The notes beneath the pieces are model-generated. The model was not told the origin of the DNA, did no database searches, and worked only from the letters and a program-made list of their open reading frames with translations. 63,871 nt of DNA. It comes from Saccostrea cucullata (Eukaryota). This document shows, in pieces, positions 1-13,555 of this stretch. Position numbers and translations under genes: made by a program. How positions within the stretch are numbered: position 1 is the first letter of the stretch; every line of letters starts with the position of its first letter. The stretch spans positions 62,001 to 125,871 of the forward strand of contig NW_026940671.1 in the NCBI RefSeq assembly GCF_032062105.1, written 5' to 3'.

Positions 1-450
1 GGGGTTTATACCGGGTATGTCTTATTTGTTTCGATTCACAAGAGCATGCTCTACGTATGTACGTACATGTATAAAGAATTTCTAAAACTAGGTAAGCTTT
101 TGATAAAACAAGTTGCTGAAACAGTCTCATTTGAAGTCATCATTTCGCAAGTTCTACCATAATGGTCGATTCAATGACTTTGTCAGCAAGTACAAATTAG
201 AATGAGTCAAATACTACCTGACGTTTTCTAACTTATTGCTAGACCATATATTACAAACTGAATTGTCTACGAATTTTCTAGTTTTTCCTGATCATAACAA
301 GGAGCACAAGGATATGACCGGTCGGCAGGGGATGCCCACTCCTCCATAGCACCTGATCCCATATCTCATGATTAAAGGTCCGTGTTTGCTCTGATCCTGC
401 TCTGTATTGCTTAAAATAAATGGACTTTGAGTTTGAAAACATTTGCTATC
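1..450 (+). mobile_element. Penelope-like retroelement 3' fragment
   Basis: Degenerate end of the RT region followed by the tail GACCGGTCGGCAGGGGATG..CACTCCTCCAT.GCACCTGATCCC..GTCCGTGTTTGCTCTG, which recurs more than 10 times in the window. Confidence 0.65.
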
Positions 451-761
451 TCTGTATAATGCAATTTCAATTTAATTCATTAACTTCTCTTGCAGTAGGT
501 TTACATTTTCCATATACATGTATGTTCTTTATGACGCTTCCAAATTAGTATAGCTATAGCAAGCATCAAGTTTAAGATTCAAATATTCACATTGAAAAAG
601 TGCAATATTCAGGCAACTGACTGTTCACTCTTGGGTAGGGGAATAAAAGGCAGAAATCAGCCAATAAGTTATCAGTAAAGCAGAGCTCTGTATTTAAGTC
701 ACCTTTCAATGAAGCAGAAATCAACCACCCAGTCACTTTTAGTAAAACAGAGCTCTGTCTT

Positions 762-951
762 TACTGTAAACCAACTTTTATTTGCGTGCGAGAAATATCT
801 GCGAGTTCCGCGACCTACTCTAACTCGCGAATATTAATCGCAGCGAGCCATTCATTTTCCTCAAGTATTTGTAGAAAAAGTTTCAATCGTCGCAGATTGA
901 TTTCAAATTGACGAATCGCAAATAAAAGATGATGATAATTAGTTTACAGTA
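762..951. mobile_element. MITE with TA-flanked termini
   Basis: TACTGTAAAC...GTTTACAGTA terminal inverted repeat. Confidence 0.6.
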
Positions 952-1004
952 ATTAAGATACTAAAAAAGCAGGGCTTTTCATTTTAAGTTTCCTTTCAAT
1001 ACAT

Positions 1005-1125
1005 GAAACATATGGAGAAAACGAACAGTATTCAAGATCAAAATCCATAAAACAATACAAAACAGGAGCAGAGCAAACAGGAAAGGTGGGATCAGGTCAC
1101 ATGGAGGAGTGAGTATCCCATGCCG
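1005..1125 (-). mobile_element. Penelope-like tail fragment
   Basis: Reverse complement of the recurring tail (GGTGGGATCAGGT..CATGGAGGAGTGAGTATCCC). Confidence 0.6.
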
Positions 1126-1335
1126 ACATTTTATATTCTCTCTCTTCTTACAGTTTACTGAATGACATACTTTTGTCTTGTTATTGAATGTTGTCTAGAA
1201 CATTTTAACTTAATTCTGCTTCATAGTGGGATATATTTTACATTATAAGTTCACATTTCATTACTTCGTTTTTTTTTTCTTTTTACATATAATTAATGAA
1301 AGGAATCATAAATAAAATTTGAGAGTCAATTTCAG

Positions 1336-4300
1336 ATATATGTCCGCCCTCGCTATGCTTTATGAAGGAAAACAAACGGGTGAAACCTAGAGGAACTGGT
1401 AAGTTAACATTTCACTTACTAAAGATCTAAGCTTTATCCTCTAAATTTAAAATTTCTTCAAATAAATTTTCTTAGTACTGTGGAATCATTTTATTTCTTT
1501 GGGGCTCAATGTTCGTGGTTAAGCAAAATGTTGCTGGTTCGTGGGACAGTTAATTCTGGCGTTACTCATTTACTCAGTAAATCCAAAAAAATAAATATAT
1601 TGCAAAATATTTGTTCTGTTGGTACAAATTCATGGATAAGGTTAACCCACAAAATCCACGAACTTTGGTCCCCCGCGAATAACGGTGATTCCACGGAATA
1701 AGAAGATAGATGGAAGGAGAGGCGCGTGGATGAAATGCATTTACACTATATACTGTATAAATTCAGGTAACAGTGCATTTTACAATGGCGACATCGTCCT
1801 TGATGAAATGGCTGCAGACATGATGTATGGACCTGTAAAAAGACGTCGAAAACGAGCGACAACTCGTATGAAAGACCGGTTATGGAAGGATGGCATAATG
1901 TACTATCAATTTGCGCCATCACTTTGTGAGTTATATCTTTCCGTCTACGCTTTATTTTAGATCGAAAGATCTATTAATCTCAATCACTGAATTCTCTTAT
2001 AGCATTCTTTAAATTTTCTCAAAAAAAGAGAAGAAAAGAAATTATTTTTTATAACAATAGTCTTAAAGCTACTAGTATTTTATTCATTTTTAAAAATATT
2101 TTCTGCTCAGAGACGGTTTAATCTAAGTTTGACTTACTAGTAGTTAAATCACCCAAAGTTATTTTTCTTTTTTTACAATCTCACTTCACGCCCTATTAAA
2201 TTTGATAATTAATCATATAATATAAACTATTGAAAAGAAACTGAATGCCCTCGTCTCTTTAATGTTAATTTTCTTTCAAAAAACCCTTTTCAATTTAAAG
2301 GGCCATTTTCTGATGAACGGGTGTATTATTTCAATATTACCATTGTCATGATAAACGTCAAATCATCATCGTACTCAAAACCCCAAACAACATTCCTATA
2401 CGATTGAAAATATTTGGTAACGTATGTATAAAAATACGATGTCATTTTTCTAAGTTTTAAAGAATATTTCACAAGAACACTTTGTAGAAGTGCAACGATT
2501 TGATTTTTTCTTTTGTAATAGCATAATATTATCTTCTTTTAAGAAATCTTCATTACTATATGATTTTTTTCTCGATCAAAAATACTATTTCTGCTTCACC
2601 AAAATGGTGAAAAAAAATATATTTCGAAGACCCCTGAGAATTATGTTTAAAACATATATTTGATTATTTTTCTATCTTAAAACACTGATAGAATCAGTAT
2701 ACTTTCCTATCATTTAATGTATTAATTAACACTTTAATTATAAGGAATTTATTTATCAGCCAGGTCAGCCAGGAAAGCAGTCAAGAAGGCGATGGAACAT
2801 ATATCAAACAGGACGTGTATAGTATTCAAAAAGAAAAGGAAGAAAAACCCGGACTTTGTTAGATTCATCAGTGAACCAGGGTATAGAATTTGAGTTTTGT
2901 TGGCTATAAAATGTACATTATACAATGCCTTTCTAAAATTATATTTTAGCAATTTAAATGACAGTAACACTTACTGAATATGATAAAAAAATAAAATGTT
3001 CAATAGGTTGTAGTGTGTGACTGAAGGAATAAAATGCTACTTTTGATATGAAAGTGAACGCATCTTTATAATATACATGTACATGTACTGCAGTTTCCTC
3101 TTTTACACTTAGTACCTATAACGTTTAGTTGACGGTAGCATTTAAGTACTAGGCTTTCGTTATATTACGTCATTCTTTTAGCTCTCTGTATATTTAAAAA
3201 TTTTATTATGTCTCCCCATTTACCTTCCCAGCTGCTGGTCCAATGTAGGCCGCGTGGGGGGCCTGCAAAATCTCAGTCTCGGTTACGGATGTGGGAGAGA
3301 GGGTACGGCAATTCACGAAATTAACCATGCGCTAGGATTCTGGCATGAGCAGGTCATAATTTTAAAATTCATTATATCTTTAAATGAAGAAAATGATTAT
3401 CACTATTCTTATTAATTTTTGAAAGAAAATTCAAATGAGTTTTTAGGTAGGAAAATAAATTAACTAGAAAATGAATGTTTTTTACCCTGTTTTCTTGTTT
3501 ATTTTAGGCCCGATCTGACAGAGACAAATACGTGGAGGTTAACACGGATAATGTCTCCCCAAACTATATTGGAGATTTTGCCAAATTAAATAAAACAATT
3601 GCCGTATCAAGAGGGTACGCTTACGATTATTCCAGTATTATGCATTACAGTGAACGGACGTTTACCAACAATGGACTCAAGACAATTAAGGCAGGTGATG
3701 AAGTTGTGGTCGATATTCAGTACAGCGATTCATTAGAGTAAATGTTTGATGATCTTACGTATATTTTATGTTGTAGGTGATAGGTATAGGAAAAGAATTA
3801 GCTCTTAGGATCGGGCAGCGTGATGGTCTCAGCAATATCGACATTGCACAACTTCGAGATATGTATTTTTGCAATCGGAAGCAAGATAATGAAGAAACAA
3901 GTAAATGACTTGTAATTTATTAAATACGTGTAATAAGCATTTATATTTTTTGACATTTCTATATATATTCTGATAAAATAGAAAAGTTCTAAAGGCGGTT
4001 CTAATATTTGCAGCATGCCCAAAAGATTGGATAAAACACAAACGTAGCTGTTACAAATTTGTTACCCGCCCTAGGCTTCAGTATGCTGCCGCATACAAAG
4101 CATGTACGGAGTCCTTTAGCACCCTGGTCCATCTTAACACTGCAAACGAAGATAGATTTTTAAAACAATATTTAAAGAAAAACTTTAAAAAGTCGACAAA
4201 ATGGCGAACAGGTGCTCGTAGAATAAATGATACCTTTGTATGGGACAATGGAGAAGACCGGAAGCCGAAGTCTATGACGTTTACTGCCTGGAATAGTGGT

Positions 4301-5025
4301 CCCCCAGAGGGATATTCTACCATGGTTCTTGGACGGGAAAACTCGACATCTGATTTTGCCTGGGAAGGGGCGTGGACAGGATCGGTCAAACAGCTTCCAG
4401 ATCACGCATTCTCCTTCATCTGTGAACGGAAGGCGAGACGTATGTACAACTGTACATGTATTATGCAATCAAAATTATTCTTTGCTTACAGGCATACTAG
4501 AAGTTACAAAAAACAATTAATTTAGTATTGGATTTGTATAAAATAAAATTCCGTTTGACAGGGCTTTTTGTGTATTTTCCCCCTGTTTTATCTTGTCTGA
4601 TTTCTCCTGTAGGTAAGTGCTTACCTCTAGAGTTTGAGGATGGGAGAGATTATCGCGGGAATCTCCAGCATACTGTATCGGGGATCACGTGTCAAGACTG
4701 GACATCTAAATACCCCCAACGGCACAGTCTGCTGGCAGGAATTACCGCAGATGTAAATCCAGACGGTCTGGGGGATCATAATTATTGTAGGAACCCATTC
4801 CGCATGCGCAGAAAAAGACCATGGTGCTTTACAACGAAAAAGAACGTTGAATGGGAGTATTGTGACGTCACTATTTGTAAAGGATCTCAAAATAACACAG
4901 TTGATAATAAACAGAAAAGAGAGAAACTTGTTTCCAAGAATAGTATATCGATATCTGAAAAGTTTGAAGAATACTCAAATAGTATATCAGAACAGATTAG
5001 CGCAAATAACGTTATACAGCCGTAG
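1336..5025 (+). CDS. Astacin-family zinc metalloprotease with C-type lectin and kringle domains (5' end lies outside the window)
   Basis: Phase-consistent exons 1336-1398, 1767-1925, 2760-2880, 3232-3352, 3508-3690, 3777-3900, 4014-4439, 4613-5025. Motifs: prodomain YNGDI, furin site RRKR|ATT, zinc motif [17 protein letters not shown], Met-turn [22 protein letters not shown]...SCYKF...FICE, kringle DYRG...CQDW...HNYCRNP...PWCF...WEYC. Confidence 0.93.
1476..1698. mobile_element. MITE in the astacin gene intron
   Basis: CTGTGGAATCA...TGATTCCACGG inverted termini; accounts for the spurious ORF 1480-1701. Confidence 0.6.
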
Positions 5026-5470
5026 CAAACTTAGTTATACTTTTAATTCTTAAAAAAAAGTCTTGTAATAAATAATGTATATGCTTTTTGTTTTATTTAA
5101 AAAAGCGATGGCAAAATGCTTTGTTTTTTATTATTTTCTCTGAAATGGAAAATGAAACTTAAATCGATTATTTGTTTCAATTTTATCATGAAAAATTATA
5201 CATGTGTTCTGAAAATCTGCAAGTAGCAAGAATTTTGACATATATTTTTCAAAATCATAGAAATTAATTTTTGAAATAAAACAAAGTTTTGCCTTTATCA
5301 CTGTGATATACGCTAGCCAACGAAATGAATGTATTATCAATCAATTGACACATAAATTTGGAATCAATATGATTTGATTTAAGATCAGATCCCCACTGTT
5401 AGGTAGCATGTTATTGTTAATCATTTATTAGTAGATCTTTTTCTGTTTTCTTATGAAATAAAGTTTGCAT

Positions 5471-5602
5471 AAAAATTCTACATGTAAAAAATAATTTTGT
5501 CGTGTCCTTTAATTTGACGTTAAGGTATATGAAATAAACACACAAAAATTCTACATGTAAAAAATAATTTTGTCGTGGCCTTTAATTTGACATTAAGGTA
5601 TA
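5471..5602. repeat. Direct duplication of ~59 bp, period 73
   Basis: AAAAATTCTACATGTAAAAAATAATTTTGTCGTG.CCTTTAATTTGAC.TTAAGGTATA occurs twice. Confidence 0.8.
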
Positions 5603-6563
5603 AATTGTTTTATCAATTAACAAATAAACACAAAAATGTAAACCTAGTTTCACAATTAATAAACTAGGTTTATGACTGTAAACTATAGTTTACAAATCGT
5701 AAACTATCTCATCCCACTTCTGATGTTTTTTGAGGTCTGCGGTTTGCTCTGTTCCTGAAATGCAATGTTTTAATAGACGTTAGAGCTTAAATACAGCTCG
5801 AGGACATTTCATTGTTTTATCAATTAACAATATTCATTTTCTATGGTTTACAAATGTAAAATATAAATTCGCTATAGTTTACACTGATAAACTATTGTGA
5901 AATATTTTTGTGAACGTCACTGAACTAGAAATAAACACAGAATCTAACACAACTGAATTTGAATGTTTTACAAAAGAACCATGTGAAAATTCGGGTTGAC
6001 TTTGGATCGATCCTTTTTCATCTTTGTGTATCTAGTGATTATGTAAAATCAAATATAGTATGATTATACTGTCCTTGTTGGCAAATACACTTATCGCTAA
6101 GACTAATTTTAGCTGCCATGCTTCATACAATATTAAATGATCCTTTTAAACTAAATTTGAATACGGAGCAATCCGTCGACATGATAAATGCATATGGTTC
6201 CTGAGGCCGTGACTGTGGACAGGGGATGCTCACTCCTTCTAGGCTTCTGATCCTACCCTGTTTACTGGGATCCATGTTTTGTACTGCTTGCGATTGGTAA
6301 GGTTTACTTGATTTTTCGAGATCGATCAAAAATCCCTCACCTTATTACATTCTATAAAAAGTGATTCGGGTTCTTCGAAGCTCACATACTTTCTTTTGAA
6401 TTAGCCAAGAAACCCCTTAAGATAAACAGATCCAAGCAGGAATTAGTGTTTAGTTTGTAAATAAACGTGCCAAAGTTCACGTGAACTTCCTAGTTGTCCC
6501 TATTTGTAAACGTAAATTCTCCGATTCCTCGATAAGGCATAAACTGAGTGCATTGTTTCTAAA

Positions 6564-8312
6564 ATGGCAGCAGGCAGCATCTCGTATAGTCCCATTTTCC
6601 TTTTGGTTGTAGCAGTAAGTATCTTTTTTTGTATTAATCCCTTTAAAGAGACTGGGTAGTCAAACAAATTACGTCTAAATCCACAAAAGATGGTAAATAT
6701 ACTTTTGTTTTAACCAAACTATTATTTCATAAGAAACAGTCAAACATATGCTAAAGCCAATTATATACAATGTAATTCTTTTTTTTCCAGCAGGTTTTAT
6801 TAAATAGTCTTAAAATGGTCATGAACACCCAGTCTTATAGAAGTTATTACATTGTTCATTTTTTGGAAAAAAGTATTGTTTTCTACCAAATTAATTTTTA
6901 GTATCATCCTACAAGTTCTTCCGAGCCACATTGTTTATTTCATTTTCAGCAACAATTTTATGCTGTCAATGTTTTAATCTTAAAGTACGCCAAATTTTCA
7001 TTTTTTTGAAATAGTTTTTATTTTGTCATAGTTATTATTTTATATATACATGTATAATCATTTTTACAAGAATTTCTGATCTTTGTTCACAACCCTAACT
7101 TGTACTTTTAATATAAGTGTAAACTTCATTAAAAATAGATAACATAGATAACATTTATCATTTAAGTAATAAAGTCTAAATCGTTTATTATTGATGTAAA
7201 ACACTTTTATTGTAAATATATAAGATTATTAGTATGGCATTTATATATATAATCATTTTTACGAGAAAATCTTATATACTTTATATATTGTTATATGTGT
7301 TATATGTAAATAAACTCTCTAAGTGAAATGCTGAAGGACTATTTTCAATTTGAAATTAAAGGCAGTGGTCTTTGGAGGACATCACCATCATCATAGATCC
7401 ACCACTACCCCCAAGCCCACCACCCCAACTACGACACAAAAACCGACCCCCGAGTCCTTCGAATACGGCTACACATTCTACTTTTATGATCCCATTTCTG
7501 TAAGTATAAATTGATAATTTTATTAATTTGGTTGATTCATGGCAACACCTGAACCCATCTCTGATGTTGTGGAGGTTCGTTTTTGCTCTGCTCCCATTTT
7601 GTATTGTTTTATGGACTTTTGAGCTTGAACACTGTTCCTTATATACGTATATATTGCATAACTAAACGTGTTATATACTTTATTTTATTAATTAATAATA
7701 ATACTGAGTATATATAATTATTTTGGAAGGTGTTGTAGTCAAACTGATTTAAAAAAAAACTACACTTTTTATAAAACAATGTAATACTTATATTTTTACA
7801 CCTTTACACGCTAAAAGCATTTTCCATTGTTTTTTAGCATTACATATGCTCTATCCACGTGACGAGATTAACTAGATTATGTATGTGTTACCATGTACCA
7901 TACGATGAACGGGATACTGTGCATGATCAACAAACTGCTATAAACATCGAGGTAAGTAAAGACGTAATACGCAATTATTATCAAATATGATTTCCCAGAG
8001 AATATTCCTACTTTGAACAGCTAAATATTTTGTACAAAAACGTTTGTGAATGTTTAGATTTAGTTTGATAATTTAACCTGTTATTATAACCACAGCAGGT
8101 AACGACCGCCATTGAGATCAAGTATGCTTAAAGAAATATTGTTTATTTTACAGTTTGTATTGATTTCTTAACAGAAAAGGATGTATGCCTTGTATGCTGC
8201 TGGACACCACACCCCAATGAACGATCTTCAGTACTATAGCAAGACCAACTACGACATGTGTATCGACCACGGCAGGCACCTCAACACCACTATAGAGCTT
8301 GTATATCCGTAA
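6564..8312 (+). CDS. Secreted His/Thr-rich 4-Cys (BRICHOS-like) family protein, copy A, 146 aa
   Basis: Exons 6564-6614, 7362-7499, 7838-7951, 8175-8312, all GT-AG phase 0. Signal peptide MAAGSISYSPIFLLVVA/AVVFG, HHHHH, Thr/Pro linker, FYFYDPIS/HYIC...CMCYHVPY...YSKTNYDMC...NTTIELVYP*. AATAAA at ~8345. Confidence 0.85.
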
Positions 8313-10094
8313 TAGGTCATTAAAATATATTTACACTTATAGACAATAAACGTCATTTTGAAGTAGTTTGGTTTTTGTTGAATTTAACAAAAATTCTCTC
8401 ATAAATAGAGAGAGAGGCATATATTTTAGCATATATATTTGAATTTTGGGAGAAAAAAATTGATTGTGTTATTTATCCTTGAATCAGCTAGAGGTTAAAA
8501 TTAGCACCTTACAACACATATAATATAACAATGAGTTCTTATTCATATTTGATTTATTCCTGATAATTTGTTGGATACTTAAGATCGTTTTGAAGAAGAT
8601 GAAATAGCTATTTGTTCGTCGTAGATCTGTGCATATATCTCCAATAACATTCCTGTCATAATTGTATTCTATTTCAATTTTTTTTTATCATTCCATTTTA
8701 AGCATTTGATCAAAAAAAATTATTGTATTGAGAATACATAAATTTTGTATTAGCAAATATATGGTATTGAAACTAAGAAACTCGATCGTTGTATACTTTA
8801 CTTAAGAGTAATATAATTACAAACAGCATACCGTTCTTATATTAAAAGGTAGGTATTTTTTATTCATAAATCATAAATGTTTTGAGATTTTCCAACTAGT
8901 CTCCCTTAAAAACTATATTTGTACAACCTCTTTGTTACCAAAGAAGAAAGAAATCTATTTCGACTTGACAAGTTAAAAAAGATATAAAAATAATCAAAAT
9001 ATCTTAATATATACTGTTATTAGAGACAACATTATGGATTTTGAAACACTTCATATTCATGTCACAGAGTGGAATATGATTCACGTTTTGATAAGATTTG
9101 TACTTATTATTGTACTGTATCAGTGTAATGGAATGCTTAAATAGATAAGACAATAATATATAAATATGTTTCATACAAATTTTTGTTAAAGAATTATGCT
9201 TTAAAGAAAATTCTGTCTAATTTCATTATATAGCTCAAGGATTCCAGTTTTATTCTTTTTGGTGCCATAATGCCCAACTGAGGATTATTTTAACAATATA
9301 AAAATATTTTTAAGTAAGTGCTTTTTAAACAACATTGCCACTTTTCCTGAGTATTAGAATAAAATTAAAATTTTCGAAAGTGTATAGTATCATGACAAAA
9401 TTATATTTTAATATCATTTCAGAAGAAAAAATAATATAAACCTTATTTCAATATATAAGTTATATGAAACAGAAAATTAATTTTTGTATGGGTTTTATTG
9501 ATACATCATTGCACTTTCACAAATTTTAATTTTATTCATAATACTTAGGAAAAGTGGCAATCTTGTTTTCATATAAATCATTTCATAATATAGAATATCA
9601 GCTGAATATAAACAGTATGCTTTTATCATGTGATGTCGCTAAATTAAGCACTGATAAACTCATCTAATCTATCTAGTTGTTTTATTACTCTGACTATTCA
9701 TTACGTCATCCAAAGAACAGGCTTCATTATTTGATGCACTATAACGCAGTTTTATAAGGAAACAGAAAGATATATGGTTTTCGTATTTTTATGAGCACAA
9801 GCTAGATGGTTTTCATTTTGCCCTTCAATCGCTTAATGCGAGATTTTAACATACATCTGATTGTTGGATTAAAGCAGACATCCGATACATTTCATGTCTG
9901 GCCCTTCGCCTGCCATGGTCTTCACACAATTGGTATGAAAAAAAAGTCAGTCATCATTTGACGTAATGACCTTGTCAGCTGATAAATACAATTTATCATT
10001 GAGAAACAAAGCTGTTTAAACGTTTCATCAACTTGATTGTTAATCCATTATTTATACACAGAATTGGCGATGGATTTGTTTCCTTTGTTTCCCG

Positions 10095-10440
10095 ATAATG
10101 ACAGGTATGACCTGTCGGCTTGGGATGTTCACTCCTCCATGGCACATTTATCATATACCTTGGTTGAGAGATAACTATTAATTTATTTTTCTAGTACAAT
10201 ATCCAATATGTGTCAGACTCTGTTGTATGTTTCTTTTCATTTTCAAAAGTGTTATTATCGTATAGACAAAATGTTGCACAGTGTTTATGTACTGTACGCC
10301 GTCGATATAACAGTATGTAATCGAGTTGAAAGTCACAACAAATGTTTTCTTTCTTTCATATATTAGATTGTTTAACGAACTCGGCATCCTATGCATACAA
10401 AAAGGTCCTCATTATAACCTACATATATGTATATGTTAAA
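10095..10440. mobile_element. Penelope-like fragments (tail on +, RT remnant on -)
   Basis: Tail motif at ~10105-10145. Minus-strand TFVVTFNS...YID matches FAVVFNLTFRYIDD at ~47320-47370. Confidence 0.5.
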
Positions 10441-10695
10441 AGACAAAACTTTTAAATAAGATCATAGAAGATGTTATTGTTAATACTCCGAGGTATTAAT
10501 CGGGATTTCTTTCCTCAAAGTTTTAGTTTTAAATTCAGTATGTTTTTTTTACACAGCAGAACTGTCTTTCATCAAATTAGATATAACACTGTGTGAAATG
10601 TAGTTTGGAAAATATGTTGATTTACTTCTATATATAGAGATCTAGAATCCCAATGTCACAAGTGAGATAAGAACATTTTCCCTGTCCAAAACATC

Positions 10696-12113
10696 ATGAT
10701 TATGGACTGTAAATTGCTATTACTAATCCAGCTTAGTGTGTTATGTCTATTGTTTGTGAGTATCAGTTGAAAAACCATTACCAGCAGATAAATGATATTT
10801 AATGAATCAGTTAATATGCAGTTGTTTTCAGGAAAAGTATATATTTTATAGTTTTTTTTTCAATTAGATTATAACGTTTTATGAAAATTTAACATAAGTT
10901 ATCATTCGCTCATTTCTAATTTTGACCATAGTGAGGCATTTTGATAAAGAGAGGTTCGTATTAATAATATAATTCGTTTTAGTGTAGAATGTTACGTACA
11001 AAATGTACTTCACACCTGCTCTTTCTAGCATGAAACCAATCCTGCTACTATAGATCATGCTTCTACAACTAGAGAGGTGACGACCACGACTCCTCGTCCA
11101 ACACGGGAACACCCAGAATGGACCAACTCTTTCTACTACTATGATCACTACTCCGTGAGATTTATATTCTTATCAATATTATTTAGTATTATATGATTGA
11201 ATAATTCCTATCTTTCTGATTGGCTGAGATCCAAATATGTGGAAGAAATGCTACGTTATATTTACCTGCACGTGACGTTCCAGGTGAATACAAGGATTGA
11301 TTTCCCCTACATTGATCTAAAAATAGATCTGGAAATTCCAGATTGATACACATTGTTTTAGAAAGCTAAATTTGAACGACTATGACTTTTTTCATGTGAA
11401 CAAAATATATTAAGCGAATATATATTTTGGGGTGAGGGTGGTTAAAGGAGATACTTTTTAAACCGTTTCTTCTCAAATTGCTTCAATTTTTTTCGTGACA
11501 TTCTGAGATTTTTCAAAGGTTGCAACGCTGTTTGTTATTATTTTAGCACTACCTTTGCCATTTTCACGCCTCCAGACTTATACAATACTGCCACTGCTAC
11601 CATGTTCCTTACGAGCATCGGAGTGATTTCCATTCTCCGCTTAAGATGTTTGAAATGGAGGTAGGAAGTAACATATGACCCTTTCTTCGTAACAATATTT
11701 ATATATAACAATTTTCTAAACATTTTTAATATACTTGTAATGATCTAATCCATACAAAAACTGTTCTTTGTTTTGTTGTATTTAAAAATCAATAATTTTT
11801 TTTAAAAGCCAAACAAAATTCTTTATCATTCTTTTCTCTATTATGTCTTTTTCAGTTTATCGTGAAATACCAAAAATGTTTATAAAATTAATTTTATCCA
11901 TAATACAATGATAAATCATTAGTCTTCTTCTATAGATATCTGTCGAATGTTTTTTTTTAATTTACAAAGAAACATATGGCGGAATTGTACATAGCTGGGA
12001 ACCATGTATTGATGAATGATTTTCAAATATACAGTAAAGTTAACTACGACATGTGCCACGGCCATGGGAGAAGACCCAATGTTACCATATATCTATTGTA
12101 CGACAATAAGTGA
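10696..12113 (+). CDS. Secreted His/Thr-rich 4-Cys (BRICHOS-like) family protein, copy B, 147 aa
   Basis: Exons 10696-10755, 11029-11154, 11547-11660, 11970-12113, phase 0. MIMDCKLLLLIQLSVLCLLF/HETNP...FYYYDHYS/HYLCHFHASRLIQYCHCYHVPY.../KHMAELY...YSKVNYDMC...NVTIYLLYDNK*. Confidence 0.87.
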
Positions 12114-12503
12114 ACACATATACATAATATATCGTGTGACATTAAATTATAATTTTCTTAATATGTCATGTTTTTTTTTATTTTGAAGTGATATAGGCGG
12201 TCACGAGACATGCTCTTTGGCGTTCTGTCACAGAAGCTTAATTTTTTTCGGCTTTTGTATTTCTTACCATGCAAGTCATTTTTTACTACAAAAACAGTCC
12301 ATTTGTCAGAAATGGCATAATCTCGGCAATTGTATGGGTGGATAATGATATCATTTTGCAGAATGTGCATGATGACCATCAAAACCCAAGTCCTCTGTCT
12401 TTTGAGCGTCGTTTAATTCATGTTGATAAAGTATGGGTGCCTTCAATTTATCATATCTGATAAAACAAAGTAAACGATATATTTTAGAGATTTAATAATA
12501 ATA

Positions 12504-12718
12504 CCGTAAATCTGGAAATTTTTGCTGTAGATAAATTTTTAGCAAATTTGCCAGTTCATTGCATTCGCAAAAATATTTTTCTTAAAAATAAATTACCATT
12601 AAGAAAATGTAAACAAAGCTGTGGTAATTCGCAAAATTTTGAAACGTAAAAATTAATCAATAGCTTTTTGACCTAAATTCGCAAAAATAAATCGACGTAA
12701 AAATTTCCAGATTTACGG
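12504..12718. mobile_element. MITE, TA target-site duplication
   Basis: TA|CCGTAAATCTGGAAATTTTT...AAAAATTTCCAGATTTACGG|TA. Confidence 0.85.
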
Positions 12719-13555
12719 TATTATCGTAAAGATATTTATTTATTTTTCTAACTGTAACTTGGCGTTCTTTAATATCAAATTGCTTAACAAAGGACACGTC
12801 TCTTTCCCAGTTTGCTTTCACTGGGCAACAGAACAAACATCATTTTAAACATCTCCCTTCCTTCATTTAAACAATCAATCCAATTAATGACAAAACTTAT
12901 GGCAAGTCTTTTGTCTTCATAAACCATGTACAAATTATTATAAACTTCTGCAAAGGAAATTTCAGACATACGTTTACCTTTACAGCGTTCGTTTCACATG
13001 TAGGCAACAATAAACGTTTTTTGTCACAATTGATCTACCTTATGATGTCATATCACACTGTATACACATGGGCAAAACGTTCCATTACATATGCTATTTA
13101 TAGAACATGTGTATGACTGTATTTGTGCCAAATTTAATTCTGATCTTAATTGTGGTTTAGCAAATAGAGAGATAGCTCGCAAACTTTTTGATCACCCGTC
13201 GTATAGTATAACGTATTTTCAGTGATATAGAAATATTCAAGCTAAATTTGATCTTATTAGCAATTGATGACAAAATATGATGAACATGATTGGAAATGTA
13301 TACAATTGTAAGACAGCAAACATTATGAGAGAAAGTGATAATGAACTTTGAATCAGCTTTTTAAAAATTAAAATTTAATTTAAAAAAAAATCAGAAAAAT
13401 TGCAAGCCTGGCGTTTATATTACCCCGATATTTACTATTACTAGTGAACTTTTAAATTAAAAAATGAAGACAATACCCTGCTCAAAAATGTAGAGTAAGA
13501 TTCACATTTTGATAAGGATTGTACTTATTATTGTACTTTGCAATGTAACAGAATA

